Of a stretch of DNA of 64,000 nt, positions 1 through 12,999 are shown in pieces; the first letter of the stretch is position 1, and every line of letters begins with the position of its first letter. A model generated the notes under the pieces. That model did no database searches. It was not told the origin of the DNA and was given only the letters and a program-made list of their open reading frames with translations. Position numbers and translations under genes: made by a program. The stretch lies in NCBI RefSeq assembly GCF_006345805.1, contig NC_042997.1, positions 185,442,001-185,506,000 of the forward strand. The letters run 5' to 3'. This stretch comes from Octopus sinensis. Taxonomy: Eukaryota.

Positions 1-65
1 CAGTGGGACTGAACCCGCAACCGTGTGGTTGGTTAGCAAGCTACTTACCACACAGCCACTCCTGC
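1..65 (-). mobile_element. SINE family A, tRNA-derived head, truncated by window edge
   Basis: Reverse complement GCAGGAGTGGCTGTGTGGTAAGTAGCTTGC...GGGTTCAGTCCCACTG matches the heads of the full copies at 30688 and 61967. Confidence 0.85.
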
Positions 66-241
66 TGTATATATATATATATATATATATATTCCTCCTC
101 CATATTTTTAAGAGATCTTGGGCCAACTGGTTTTGCTAACGGCACGCCATAAGCCATAAAGCTAAACTCTTTATGGATAGGAAACCTAAGGTAATCCCAT
201 AAACTGGCCTTCCCATTTTTAATATGTATTTATTTATTTTT

Positions 242-580
242 GTGTGTGTGTGTGTGTGTGAGTCTTTGTGTTTGCACCACTACCACCGCTTGACAACCGA
301 TGCTGGGGTGTTGAAGTCCCTGTAATTTGTTTGTTAATATGTAAATATAGCTATGAGCTTATAAATACGAGATGCTTCAGGATACATTTAGATTTTGCAT
401 ATATATATATATATATTCCTTTATTCTTTTACTTGATTCAGTCGGCATTTCGGCAAAAAGACTGATAGAATATTACTAGGTTTACAAAGAATAAATACTG
501 CGGTTGATTTCTTTTACTGAAAATCTTTAAGGCAGTGTTCCAGCATGGGCGCAGTCAAATGACTAAAACAAGTAAAAGCA
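242..580 (+). mobile_element. SINE family A 3' half, interrupted by an inverted insertion at about 322-443
   Basis: (TG)n, then CGCTTGACAACCGATGCTGG...CGGCAAAAAGACTGATAGAA...CCAGCATGGGCGCAGTCAAATGACTAAAACAAGTAAAAG, as in full copies. Confidence 0.8.
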
Positions 581-759
581 TAAAATTATATATATATATA
601 TATATATGCAAAATCTCAGTATATTCAGAAGCATCTCGTATGTATAAGCACATACCTATCTTTATATACTGACAAATAAATTAACCTTTAAATGGAGTAT
701 AAATAATGGATGCATTCTCTGCTTAGTTTTCGTCTATCCTAACATGATACTGATTATAT

Positions 760-1240
760 CCAATCAATTGGAATGACACCCCAAATCTTCCAGCCGTCAA
801 ATTTAAGCTCACAAAATGGACCACGAAACAAAACACAGACGATGTTTTCATTCACAATGCTATCATATCGCACGCCACCCCTCCCTCCTACTCTCACGAG
901 TTCTCCATTCTCCACCCTCTCTCCACCTTCTGTTTATTATCACTTCTTGCTCTTCCTCTACATCTCCACTCTCCCTCCCTGGTTCAGTTGCATCCTACCT
1001 CTCCCTGCCTTTTACTCCTGTTTTCCTCCTCACCCATTGAACATTTAAATCTCTCGTACCTGGATGTGAACTGCAATCTTCCAGTTTTTCCTCCTGGAGG
1101 AAGGAAGCCGGTATTACAGTAACGTCTTCACCTACTAGTCGCATATTGATGTCTTTTTGCAACATTGTAATTCCGAATTGCGAACATTACAACTGTTACG
1201 TAAATATGAGATCACAGAAGCACCTGTCGTGTGAAAAAAA
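760..1240 (+). mobile_element. Probable Penelope-like element 3' region, degenerate
   Basis: CT-rich tract followed by a degraded hammerhead-like layout, CCTGGAGGAAGG..GGTATTACA...TGTAATTCCGAA. Assignment is by recall only. Confidence 0.3.
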
Positions 1241-2221
1241 TTATAATTTCTCTTAGTTTTCCGTATTTTTTGTATGTATGTATGCATATATTGCATATGT
1301 GTGTGTATGTACTTCTTAAACTGATATGTTTAGATAACAACTGAGTAGTTTTAGTAAGCTGGAATTGCTGATGTGATAGGAGGATTAATTCAGTATTTCA
1401 AAGCCAGTGGTTTGAGCATATTTTATCTGTATTAAAAAGCAATAGAGGACACACATACACATACGCCTTCACTCATAATCCCATTACTAATGTAAATATG
1501 TGTGTGTGTATGTATGTATGTATGTATGTATGCATTTATACACCTATGTTTGTGTTTTTGCAGGTTTGTGTTCGTATCCCTTAATAATATCAGTCGTTTC
1601 AATGTAAACTCTGTTTCAATTCTATTTTTTCTTAAAGAACACATGATATCGATTAATGTGTCAGCGTAAGCACGCTTGCGCGAAGACACACATGCACGTT
1701 CATATATCTGTATGTGTGAGTATGTGTATGTGTGTGTGTGCATAATACGTTATGATATGATACATGATATACTAGAATTTGTACATGCAGGTGTGTCAAT
1801 AGCCACTGACAGAGAGAAAAGCAAGAACGAAAAGGGAATAGAGAGTGAGAGGGAAACAAATATTCTTTCCACAAGAGTGACTAAATATAGGATGACATTC
1901 AACTTTACTTTATTATATGTTATTACCTAAATACACACACACATACACACACCCGTACATGCACACCCATTTCCTCACACGCACAACAAAAATAAAATCA
2001 ATTCTTGAACCATAAAACTTTGATAAAATGCCCACTTATAGACTAGGGACTTAAAAACTTATTCGTTTCTGCTAATATTCATAAACATTTTATTATTTCA
2101 AATCTGTTCTACTTTATTTGCAGATACGTTTGACGTTATTTGACGCAGTTTATGCGGAAACGATGGCAATATTATTTTTACATTGAAGTTTTTTTTCACT
2201 AAATCGTATTATAGAATAAGA

Positions 2222-2636
2222 GGGGGCGAGCTGGCAGAAGCGTTAGCACGCCGGGCGAAATGCGTAGCCATATTTCGTCTGCCGTTACGTTCTGAGTTCA
2301 AATTCCGCCGAGGTCGACTTTGCCTTTCATCCTTTCGGGGTCGATAAATTAAGTACCAGTTACGCACTTGGACCGATCTAATCGACTTAATCTGTTTATC
2401 TGTCCTTGTTTGCCCTCTCTATGTTTAGCCCCTTGTGGGTAGTAAAGAAATAGGTATTTCGTCTGCCGTTACGTTCTGAGTTCATATTCTGCCGAGGTTG
2501 ACTTTGGCTTTCATCCTTTCGGGGTCGATAAATTAAGTACCAGTTACTCACTGGGGTCGATGTAATCGACTTAATCCCTTTGTTTGTCCTTGTTTGTCCC
2601 CTCTATTTTTAGCCCCTTGTGGACAATAAAGAAATA
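2222..2636 (+). mobile_element. SINE family B, dimeric (head plus two ~185 bp body units)
   Basis: Head GGCGAGCTGGCAGAAGCGTTAGCACGCC. B-box-like GAGTTCAAATTCC and core GCCTTTCATCCTTTCGGGGTCGATAAATTAAGTACC each occur twice. TSD GAATAAGAGG at 2214-2223 and 2638-2647. Confidence 0.9.
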
Positions 2637-4534
2637 TGAATAAGAGGAACGCGCGCGAACTCACACATATATACGCAGTCATTCATGTTTCTATCTGAAT
2701 TAGAAATTCATTTCCTTTTAGAGACTGAGTTAACCAGAACTGAACGGTAAATATATGCTGATGTATATCTTTGGTTCAACAGCTTTTTAGACGATATATT
2801 CGATGTGAATGTCAGCTGAAATCGAGAGTCTAGTAGAATTGGAACCCACATCTCCATGTTGATATCTAGTTGAAATTATCAATATATCATAAAACATCTG
2901 ATAAACGACAGATTTTCTCCCAGATATATATATTTATGCTTCACTAGAGTAAGTCTGCAATCGGTTTGGGCCTTTGGTATGTGTATTTACAACTGAATTC
3001 GATTTCCGATATCTCTTTCAAGAACATAAACAATCAACACTAATAAAGGCTTCTCGCATCGAGAGAAGGTTACAGGTTTGTACAAGAGGCATGAGGTTGT
3101 CGAATATATCGATGCTAAGTACATGAATGACTCCCTATCGTATTGATTATAGAAGAATGAAAGGCAGGTTTGAATTTGTCTGATTCGAATACATAACGTT
3201 AAAATCATAATTTAATATTGTATTGTCAGATGAATTTGGTCGTATGTTTTACTTATTTTACATATCGTCATACACCTGAAAAGAGATAATAATTATTCAA
3301 ATTTCAAAAACACTAAACAATAATTGTAGAAGAACATTACAGCTACAGTCATAGCCAAAAGTGTGGAACAAAGGTCTGAAAACTAGACTAGCTTCTATTT
3401 ATTCCAAGTAAGCAGTTAGGTCTAGAATTTTGATTTTGCCTAGTTTTCCTTCTGGATATCGAACCATTGTATCAGATATTAGTTAAGTATATCTCTATGT
3501 TGTATATATTTGAATTGAATTCTCCGTAGCTATAACAATTTGTTTTTAAATGTTCAAAACTTTTGGCCACGACTGTACTAAAAAAAACCCCACAAGACAA
3601 CGATAAATCTACTTTTCGTGTTAATTCAAATATCGTTGGAAAGGATTAAAGTAAATGTCGGGAAAAAAAATGAACGATTTTTTTTATGACAACCCAATAT
3701 TACAAAGTATTTTTAACTGACGAGATTTGAACTTAAGTAAAAAAAAAAAAAAAAGAAAAATTCTGTGGAAGTGAACTTCATGAAATAAATTAGTTCATAT
3801 ATTATATCTAAGTCAAAGAAAACGAATTTCTATTTGAATAAGAATGAGCGATGAAATATTTTGGACTGGAAAATTCTATTTACATTAGTGGAATAGCAGA
3901 GTAAAGAAATATCGAAAGCACTCAGCTTTGTCCAAAGTAATAGTTGCATAAATCTTGATTTATTTTTTCAAAGAAATCGATCACATATTAAAAATCTATT
4001 AATGAAATCAAGTGTTTTAAATAGGATGTATTTTTTCAATTAACAATATTTTAATCTTTAACAATGTTGATAGCATTTTAGAAATAATAAATTTACCTCA
4101 TTAAATCTCCTAATGAAATTTATAATTTCACTGTCTTTATTTTCTTTTTTTTTTATGTGACAAATTAGATAAATGTTGTTGCTAATATTATATATTTTAT
4201 ATTTTAGATGTAAAAAGTATAAAGATTTAAGCTTTAAAAATAATTGGGTACTTCATATAAAATTGTATATTTTATCCAGTATTACATTCTATATTACAAT
4301 ATTTATGTCCATTTACGAAATACACGAATTTATTTATTTATTTTTTTAGGTTAGGTGTACGCTCAATTTAATGAATTCTAGTATATTACCGATACGCATT
4401 TTTTGGTTCTCGGAGGAATAAAATGCATGATCAAAATTCAGGGCGATTTGATATTGTAATGTTTTAATCATATCACCCCATTCATTTGATAATATTTTTG
4501 CATTTTTTCAGTCCAATACATACATTGAGAAGTG

Positions 4535-4655
4535 TCTAAAATAGCAGCCTCATCTTCCTTAAATCACGGTCCAACACGTTACGTAAAGAGAAGTACACTG
4601 GATAATGGATTCCTGATATAAAAGTATGAGATGGTCACGGCTGGAGTGTCTGGTA
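4535..4655 (+). mobile_element. Old dispersed repeat family E; diverged copies also near 16170-16350 (+), 27975-28170 (-), 28890-29100 (-) and 47900-48110 (-)
   Basis: Shared motifs AAATAGCAGCC..ATCT.CCT.AAATCAC, CACTGGATAATG and GATGGTCACGGCTGGA recur in diverged form at these loci. Confidence 0.5.
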
Positions 4656-5598
4656 AGTTCCACTCATTTATGAATTCACATTTATCTTTCCAGTCCCAAG
4701 TTTTATAAACTGATATTAACCGTATAATAACGTCACATGATCTAAAAAATAATATGCACATATATATATATGTTTTTGTATCGAAATAAAATTTTATGAG
4801 TGAGATAACATGCTTTACTTCGAGATCTTGTATCATGATTTCAATTTTCCTGCAACCGTTGTATAGTGTTTCTGTACCGCACACTGCATCGTACTTATAA
4901 TTAAACTAGGTTAGTGGAACAGATTCTAAATTGTCAAACAACATATGTGAACATCATAACTACTTACAGTTGGACAATGCATCATCCTATAGTGTATTAG
5001 TTATTAAATAAAAAACAAAACAAGAAACTATGCAGAAACATCACGCGAATCACCACGTGATATCTTCCCATCAAATTTTAATTTTTTCCCTTCTGTGTAA
5101 ACTATGTATTTCTATATTATTTACTCTTTGCATTTTTTTTTCTTCAAGTAAGTTAATCAGAGCAAATTTATTGAATTTTTTTTCTCCCTTTACCATTTCT
5201 GGAAAACAATACAATACCGTATTTAATATCCTTTGGGAATTTTTGTCATAATATCTCTGTTACTATATCTGTTTCCCTTTTGCAGCATTATTTAGGTTAA
5301 ACATACTTCTTTAAAATCGACTCCATTTCTTCTCATTCCTTCAGTTCAATCCGCAGCCATCCTCGGAAGATGGCCATCACTAGTTGACCCAAATATTTTC
5401 AATGTTTATTCAGTATCAGTCAAAATGTTCCGACGCCATTGTATTTGTGCAGACGTGAACAGACAGCTGTAGCTTTATTTCTAGATATCTAGAAATGTAT
5501 ATACATGTCAGATGAATTCTTCAAATATCTCAAAGTGATAGCTTTATATCGGTTCAAATATTTACATTGAAAATGTTTGATAACAATTGTAAACAATA

Positions 5599-5790
5599 TG
5601 CGCAGGTCTGGCTATGACTGTGTGGTAAGAAGTTTCTTCCCAACCACATCAAAGTGGGTTCAGTCCCTCTGTGTGGAACCTTGGGCAAGTGCCTTTTACT
5701 ATAGCCTCAGGCCAACCAGAATCATGTGAGTGGATTTAGAAAACAAAAACTGAAAAAAGACCATAGTATGTGCGTGTGTGTGCTTGTGTT
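5599..5790 (+). mobile_element. SINE family A 5' half, diverged
   Basis: TGTGTGGTAAGAAG...GGGTTCAGTCCCTCTG...CCTTGGGCAAGTGCCTTTTACTATAGCCTC, running into a microsatellite. Confidence 0.75.
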
Positions 5791-5901
5791 TATATATATA
5801 CGTATATATATATACATCCATATCTCTCTCTTTCTCTCCCTATATATATATATATATATACGTATATACATATACATCCATATCTCCCTTTTTCTCTCCC
5901 T

Positions 5902-5934
<33 letters not shown>

Positions 5935-5973
5935 CGTATATACATATACATCCATATCTCTCTTTTTCTCTCC

Positions 5974-6015
<42 letters not shown>
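5790..6015. repeat. Compound (TA)n minisatellite with three ~62-76 bp units
   Basis: Unit (TA)nCGTATATACATATACATCCATATCTCTCTCTTTCTCTCCC is repeated three times. Confidence 0.85.
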
Positions 6016-6017
<2 letters not shown>

Positions 6018-6521
6018 TCTACTGAGAGAAAGAAGTAAAAGATAAAAGGTATTTTATACAAAGTCCTATCTTTTCTGCATATTCCGGTAAATTCTTTCTA
6101 TAGGATTCTTGTTTTAATGCAAAGTATTAACATGTCCCTGGTGGTTAGACAAGAATACATAGCAAGAAGGAAAAGGATTTAATGTATGTTTTATTCTAAG
6201 ATGATGATATGCCAGTATGCATGAAATGTTCACCAAACAAATCTCTAGACATGCCATGATTTAAGTTGATCTAGTTCATAATAACAGCCTCTCTCAGATG
6301 CTATATACTTATATAAAAGCTGAAATGTATGTTGACCGGTCGTACGTAAAAATTGTGCATGACTGTATGAAGGTGAGTTTAAAATCCCACTGTATAAGAA
6401 AGAAAAAAAAGCATTATGCTCGGCAGTATGATGTACATAAGAACATGCATGTTGTAGAAGAATCATTATACTGTGCTTGACTCAGCAGTACCTAATTACG
6501 AAGTTTAGTTTTTATTTTATA

Positions 6522-6916
6522 CAAGCAGTATCGCCCGTCGTTGCTCGGGTTTGTTCCGACCCTTTAGAATTGGAATTTTTGAAAAGTAAAAATTGTGCAT
6601 TATGTAGCTTGTTATTCTCTTTAAGTGAACATTTTTCTGGTTGAAATACACCGAAAAATGGCCACACAGCAATCAAAAAATCGTAAAAAATGGGGATTTT
6701 CATAGAAAAAAAGCTCGTTTTTGATGTAAATAATTTTTGGTGTTAATATGGTCCGATTTGAATTTTTCCTTCTACGGAATGAAGAGCAAGCCTTCTTCTA
6801 TCATACTCTCAATTTTTGGTCAACTTGCCCCGCAGGGTCTCGGAGGAGATAGTGTTAGTTGAAGGCTACCAAACCTGCCACACACACAGACAACTTCAGC
6901 TTTATATATAGAGAGA
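6522..6916 (-). mobile_element. Non-autonomous Helitron, about 395 bp
   Basis: Minus strand starts A|TCTCTCTATATATAAAG and ends with hairpin CCCGAGCAACGACGGG then GATACTGCTTG|T (CTAG-like). No TSD. Near-identical copy at 28317-28713. Confidence 0.8.
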
Positions 6917-7009
6917 TTGTCCCATGACGAAAAGTTCAACTACCTATGTAGATTACTATATAACTAAAGAACCGTAGCCTGTACATAGTTTTAGTTCATA
7001 CATATTTAT

Positions 7010-7215
7010 AAAGGGTAAAGACCCCTTTCGGTCATGAATATCCATGGGATTGCTTCTCAGAAAGTTACCCTCTGCGGTACAAGATTCGGCAAGGTTCTTT
7101 ATGGAAGACCAATAGTCGCCCATGCATACCAGCTTCCCCTCTCAATGCCACTTATGTTATCCAAGGGTAAAGCAAACGGCAATACAGCTTAGCCCCTGTG
7201 TCATATACGCACATC
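7010..7215 (-). mobile_element. SINE family D 3' portion
   Basis: Reverse complement is similar to 42060-42205 (GCTGGTATGCATGGGC..CTTCCATAA..CCCATGG..TTCATGA). Confidence 0.6.
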
Positions 7216-7781
7216 TACATACATGGTTTAGATATATGCAGCCCGCCACCCTTTTACAAGTGTCCGCGACACACTTGCTGCTTCATCTATATATTGTACT
7301 TTCAAAGCGTTATCAAATAAATTAAAAATAGAAAATTTGTTTCTTTTCTAAAATCGGAGAGTATTATTGATAAATCTATTTCTAAAACGTTATTTACATT
7401 GTTAAGGAAGGTTAAGAAGAAACTAAACCAGCTAAAATGACGTCAGCTGATGTACTTGATAAAGAGAGCGAAGTAATTTTGAAGTTTTCTTTGCTTACAA
7501 TTACGCCAAACCGGTGGCTGTGGGCTAATTTAAAAGTGGGCAAATTTAAAAGTGCATCATAATAATGTAAAATGAATTGTATTAGTAGAAAGTTGTATTG
7601 TCTACTGCTGCTAGAGTGCAACCATTTCTCAGTAGTATTTCTTGTGGGGATTACAGCAGAAACAAACAGAGGGAAATACAAATTGTTAAAAAGAGAAAAG
7701 ACAGAAATATTTCTATTGTCTTTTGAAGTAGTTGTGGCATTGTACACATCCAATTTGAAAGTTTTCATTTTTAACCCTTTC

Positions 7782-9582
7782 ATGGCTTCGAAGAGAAAAG
7801 TATTTCTGAAGTGTGCCATGTACTTTTTCGTTGAAATTAATGTAAAACAAACATGTTTGATTTGCTTTGCAGCATTCAACTTTGGTCAAACAATATTACA
7901 TCCGAAATTTAAGGAGTTGGAGTGGTTAGTCAAAAAAAAAAAAACAGTAGTTAAAGCCTATTAAAGTGGCAAGCCGGAAAAATCTTTAGCATGGCGGGTG
8001 AAATAATTAGCGGCATTTCGTCTATCTTCATGTTCTAAGTTCAAAATTACCGAAGTCAAATTTACATTTAATTTTTCCGGTCGATAACATAACTGATTGT
8101 TCAATACTTGTCGATGTAATCGACTTCTCTCTTCACCCGAAATTTAGGGCTTTCTGCCAAAGTTTGGAACCAATATCAAACCTACTCATCTTGTAGTGAA
8201 TGTTGCATTTAAAGCTCAATTTCTGGGTTTGTCAATGAAATAGCTGTATCATCGAAGTCTTTTCCAGAAAGGCGTTTTATAAAGAAATGCATCTTGACGG
8301 TTGCTAAGTATATTTTCCCGAAAATCCGTGAAACATTTGCAAATATATGACTCCTTAATATATATGACTCCCTAATATATGACTCCCTAATATGCCGTTG
8401 CAATAAGGAGTGTTTAATTATCAAAGCATGTTAAAAGTCAAATGGAAAACAGAGATCAGTTGCAAGTTTTTGTTTCAATAGGCAAAATTACGGAAATGAA
8501 TGATTTGACACAGCATACAACCTACAAGTATGATGTAGATAAGAACATGCATGTAATAGAAGAATCTTGTGTGTTGTTATCAATGAATGGAACAGAGGGT
8601 AAGATCTTTGTGATTTTATTAGGCACCCTAAATGAAATAAGTATTTAATGGGCTCATATTGTAAGTTTTGTTCCAGAAGGCGTACGGCTAATGATTCGTT
8701 GAAAAGTTGACGTGACAGCTAAATTATAGGAAAACCTGCTAGCCGTGAACTCCAACCATCAATTTTATAATGTTTGTTGCATTATTTTGAGGAAAATATT
8801 GAACATTGTTCAATGTTGTAAACGTTATAAAAGGAGTGAATTGCATATGCGCGTGAAGCCAACTGCGTCTTAGGGAAGATGTATAACAAATATGGACTGC
8901 TGTATCACACGGATGATTAGTAGTTAACTCTCCGAATCTTACGAAATCAAGTTTATTAACTGTGATGAACAACAGAGATTATTCGTCAGGAATTTTGAGA
9001 AATGCACGTGATCTAGTGTTCATTGTAGCAACGGTAGAACATTTCAACTACCGGAATCTAATAAAGCTGTCAAGATGCAATACATTGATGACAGATTCGA
9101 TTGCATTTTGAGATGAACTTAACCTTTTTGAACGTCGACTATTAGCTAGTATTGTTACACAATTTCCAGCCTTGAAGTCCTTCCAAGTCACATATATTTT
9201 ACATCATCAAGATTTACAAATCAATGAATTCCATGAAAAAAATTTCCACTTACATATATCGTTTCAATGCTTTAGGGCCTGACTTATGTTGGAATTATCA
9301 TGGTACGAGAATGTTTCTAATGTAATTCGATGTTCAGGAACAACTTTTCAAGTACCAATTGGGGAAAATTTTATGAATTGCATGAAGAAATATATCCTAG
9401 GTTTAAAACTGGCTCCGATGATTATGTTCATATTCGCAAGAAAATACTTTTACGAACAATTATATTTTGCAAAATATTCGATACTGAAATTAACAACAGC
9501 TCAGGAACCAAACATTTGTTACAGTAGTCACATGTCACCTTTTTGTCTACTCCAAGAAAAACCCAGCAACAGGGAGCAGTAG
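7782..9582 (+). pseudogene. Fossil hAT transposase of the SPIN/Buster/GTF2IRD2-like type, with many frameshifts, stops and deletions
   Basis: Collinear peptide remnants: MASKRKV..YFFVEINVKQTCLIC; IAVSSKSFPERRFIKKCILTVAKYIFPKIRETFANI; DVDKNMHVIEESCVLLSMNGT; WAHIVSFVPEGVRLMI; YGLLYHT; DLVFIVATVEHFN; QFPALKS; MFIFARKYFYEQL; SILKLTTAQEPNI. Order matches hAT/Buster transposases as I recall them. Confidence 0.8.
7964..8170 (+). mobile_element. SINE family B, old copy inserted in the hAT fossil
   Basis: AAGTGGCAAGCCGG..TTAGCATGGCGGGTGAAAT..GGCATTTCGTCT..GTTCTAAGTTCAAA..TCGATGTAATCGAC. Confidence 0.7.
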
Positions 9583-10231
9583 TACAAGATGGGTAACTAA
9601 TTAGTCATAGGAGTTTATACTCACGATTTTTGTTATTTATTTCTTATTGCCTACATAATATGCTATCGTAAATTATGCATAATCATATATATTCCAATTA
9701 TATCTGGTCTGCCAATAACAAATGAGTTTGACTCCTTGCATTAAGTACATGTTTTCGAGAAAGAGATTTGACAGGAGTTCGTATGTTGAAACTAGTAGAA
9801 GTACATCTTACAAAAAATCATGACAGTCATAAAAGAAAACGAATATATATTTACTATTAACTGCGACCTGGTAAATACACAATCAGAATCTTAACAGGTT
9901 TCACTAGATATACAACGGTTGTTTTGAGATTTTGTAGCGTACGATACTATTACAAAGTAGCTAAAACATAACGTGTTTATTAAAAACATTATCATAACAT
10001 CGCCACTATGTAATTGGCATATCGACAAATATATATGCATGCATACAAAGTTGTTTCAATACAATCTTGTATTTTTGCAAAGGAAAAAATATTGCCTTTG
10101 AAGAGATATTTGACTGTACTTATATTTGTCAAGCATGATCTAGTGGATAAAAGATTTTCTTGAGATATAGTGTACTCCATACCGAACAAAGATGCAGAGT
10201 AAATACATGCATGCCTGCATCTACTTGTCAA

Positions 10232-10279
10232 TATATCTATCTATCTGTCTATCTATCTATCTATCTATCTATCTGTCTA

Positions 10280-10366
<87 letters not shown>

Positions 10367-10448
10367 TATATATATATATATATATATAATATATATATCT
10401 GCCTGTCTATCTATATGGATGTGTGTGTTATGTCTATGAATATGTTTT

Positions 10449-10489
<41 letters not shown>

Positions 10490-10490
10490 A
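10232..10490. repeat. Compound microsatellite (TCTA)n(TCTG)n(TC)n(TA)n
   Basis: Seen directly in the sequence. Confidence 0.95.
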
Positions 10491-10911
10491 CATGCATACA
10501 TAAGCACATATGTATGCATTTGTATATAAGTGTATATGTTCGTGTGTATCCATGCTGGATACGCGTGTATAAGCTATGACTTCATTCAAATCCAGTTTCA
10601 TAAAATGTAATGGGAACACATGCTACTTCTCTTCGCATAAATAACGCATTTAACAAAATTTGCATACTTCTTTCCCTAGCCTGGATGCATACTTATTAGC
10701 ATGCACACCTATCCACATAGGCACACATATCACATAGGCACACGTACGCACGCACTCGCATACACACACGCACGCAGATACTCATATAAAGGCACACACA
10801 GACACACGCGCATACATATGCATGCTTTTTCTCTCTCTCTAAATAGTTATGTGTGTTTCTGTGTGTTTTGTATGTATGTATATGCGCGTATGCGTGCAAA
10901 AAAGAGGAAAT

Positions 10912-10918
10912 GATATAC

Positions 10919-10993
<75 letters not shown>

Positions 10994-11021
10994 GCATATA
11001 TATATATATATATATACATGC

Positions 11022-11055
<34 letters not shown>

Positions 11056-11182
11056 CATGCATATATATATATATATATTATATATTATATATACATGCAT
11101 ACATATATATATATATATATATAATATATACATGCATACATATATATATATTATATATATATATAGATATATACAAACATAC

Positions 11183-11213
<31 letters not shown>

Positions 11214-11341
11214 TTACAAACATACATATACAATATATATATATATATATAACAAACATACATATACAATATATATATATATATTATATATATATATATA
11301 TATATACAAACATACATATACATATATAGGTATACATATAG

Positions 11342-11376
<35 letters not shown>

Positions 11377-11454
11377 TACAAACATACATATACATATATA
11401 GGTATACATAATATATATATAATATACATGCATATATATATATATTATATATAA

Positions 11455-11497
<43 letters not shown>

Positions 11498-11501
11498 CAT
11501 G

Positions 11502-11533
<32 letters not shown>

Positions 11534-11793
11534 CATGCATACATATATATATTATATATATATATATATATACAACATACATATACATATATATATATAT
11601 TATATATATACAAACTACATATACATATATATATATATATATTATATATATATATATATATACAAACATACATAACATATATATATTATATACAACATAC
11701 ATATACATATATAGGTATACATTATATATATATATATATATATATATATAGATATATACAAACATACATATACATATATAGGTATACATATAT

Positions 11794-11827
<34 letters not shown>

Positions 11828-11856
11828 ATATACAAACATACATATACTATATAGGT

Positions 11857-11895
<39 letters not shown>

Positions 11896-11922
11896 AACAT
11901 ACATATACATATATAGGTATAC

Positions 11923-11955
<33 letters not shown>

Positions 11956-12152
11956 CAAACATACATATACATATATAGGTATATATATATATATATATAT
12001 ATAGTATATATATATATACCAACATACATATACATATATAGGTATATATATATATATATATATATATACAAACATACATATACATATATAGGTATATATA
12101 TATTATATATATATATATTATATATATATTATACAAACATACATACATATAT

Positions 12153-12191
<39 letters not shown>

Positions 12192-12251
12192 ACATACATA
12201 TACATATATAGGTATAATATATAATATATATATATATATATACAAACATAC

Positions 12252-12296
<45 letters not shown>

Positions 12297-12315
12297 AACA
12301 TACATATACATATAT

Positions 12316-12354
<39 letters not shown>

Positions 12355-12372
12355 ACATACATATACATATAT

Positions 12373-12435
<63 letters not shown>

Positions 12436-12448
12436 GGTATATATATGC
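10912..12448. repeat. About 1.5 kb (TA)n-based higher-order satellite
   Basis: TA runs separated first by CATGCA, then by a recurring CAAACATACATATACATATATAGGTA unit. Confidence 0.95.
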
Positions 12449-12875
12449 ATAGAAAGACAGAGAGCGGGAGAGAGAAATAGATAGATACATGGTTAGATAG
12501 ATATTTGCAACACTAACCTGTGGCCAATGAGCCGTGTGTAGATTGAACGTTGGTGCAAATTATTTCTGTCTACAAGAATGGTTTAGACAGAAAATTGAAT
12601 TTCCACTTAAGTGCTTTTAATTCCACTTTCGATTATTACAATGGAAAACATCTGCTACGTCGATTCAAAATGAACAGAGACACACGCATACACGCGCGTG
12701 TATATACACATGAGTGCATACAGGCCCACACAAAAGCACAATTGCACACATGCATACAGTTACAAATATTGCTACCTATGGCAATAAGCAGGTATGCATA
12801 TATATATATATATATATATATATCTACATAAGTGTATATATGTATAGATACACACACACTGACATATATATACGT

Positions 12876-12929
<54 letters not shown>

Positions 12930-12955
12930 TTTTCACATGTGGGTGTGAATATGTT

Positions 12956-12999
<44 letters not shown>

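Noticed and set aside
4330-4890. Possible mariner relic (TTAGGTGTAC end and a 101-aa minus ORF)
   Set aside because: Part of it is repeat family E, and I found no convincing WVPHEL or YSPDL motif and no second TIR.
11210-12440. CRISPR-like pattern of a constant repeat with variable spacers
   Set aside because: The spacers are only (TA)n, there are no cas genes, and the context is eukaryotic.
10160-12490. Many long ORFs rich in YI/IY, including a 282-aa ORF
   Set aside because: They are translations of (TA)n and (TATG)n tracts that lack stop codons by composition. The same applies to ORFs at 5.7-6.0, 20.3-21.2, 29.3-29.9, 45.7-46.2 and 54.5-55.0 kb.
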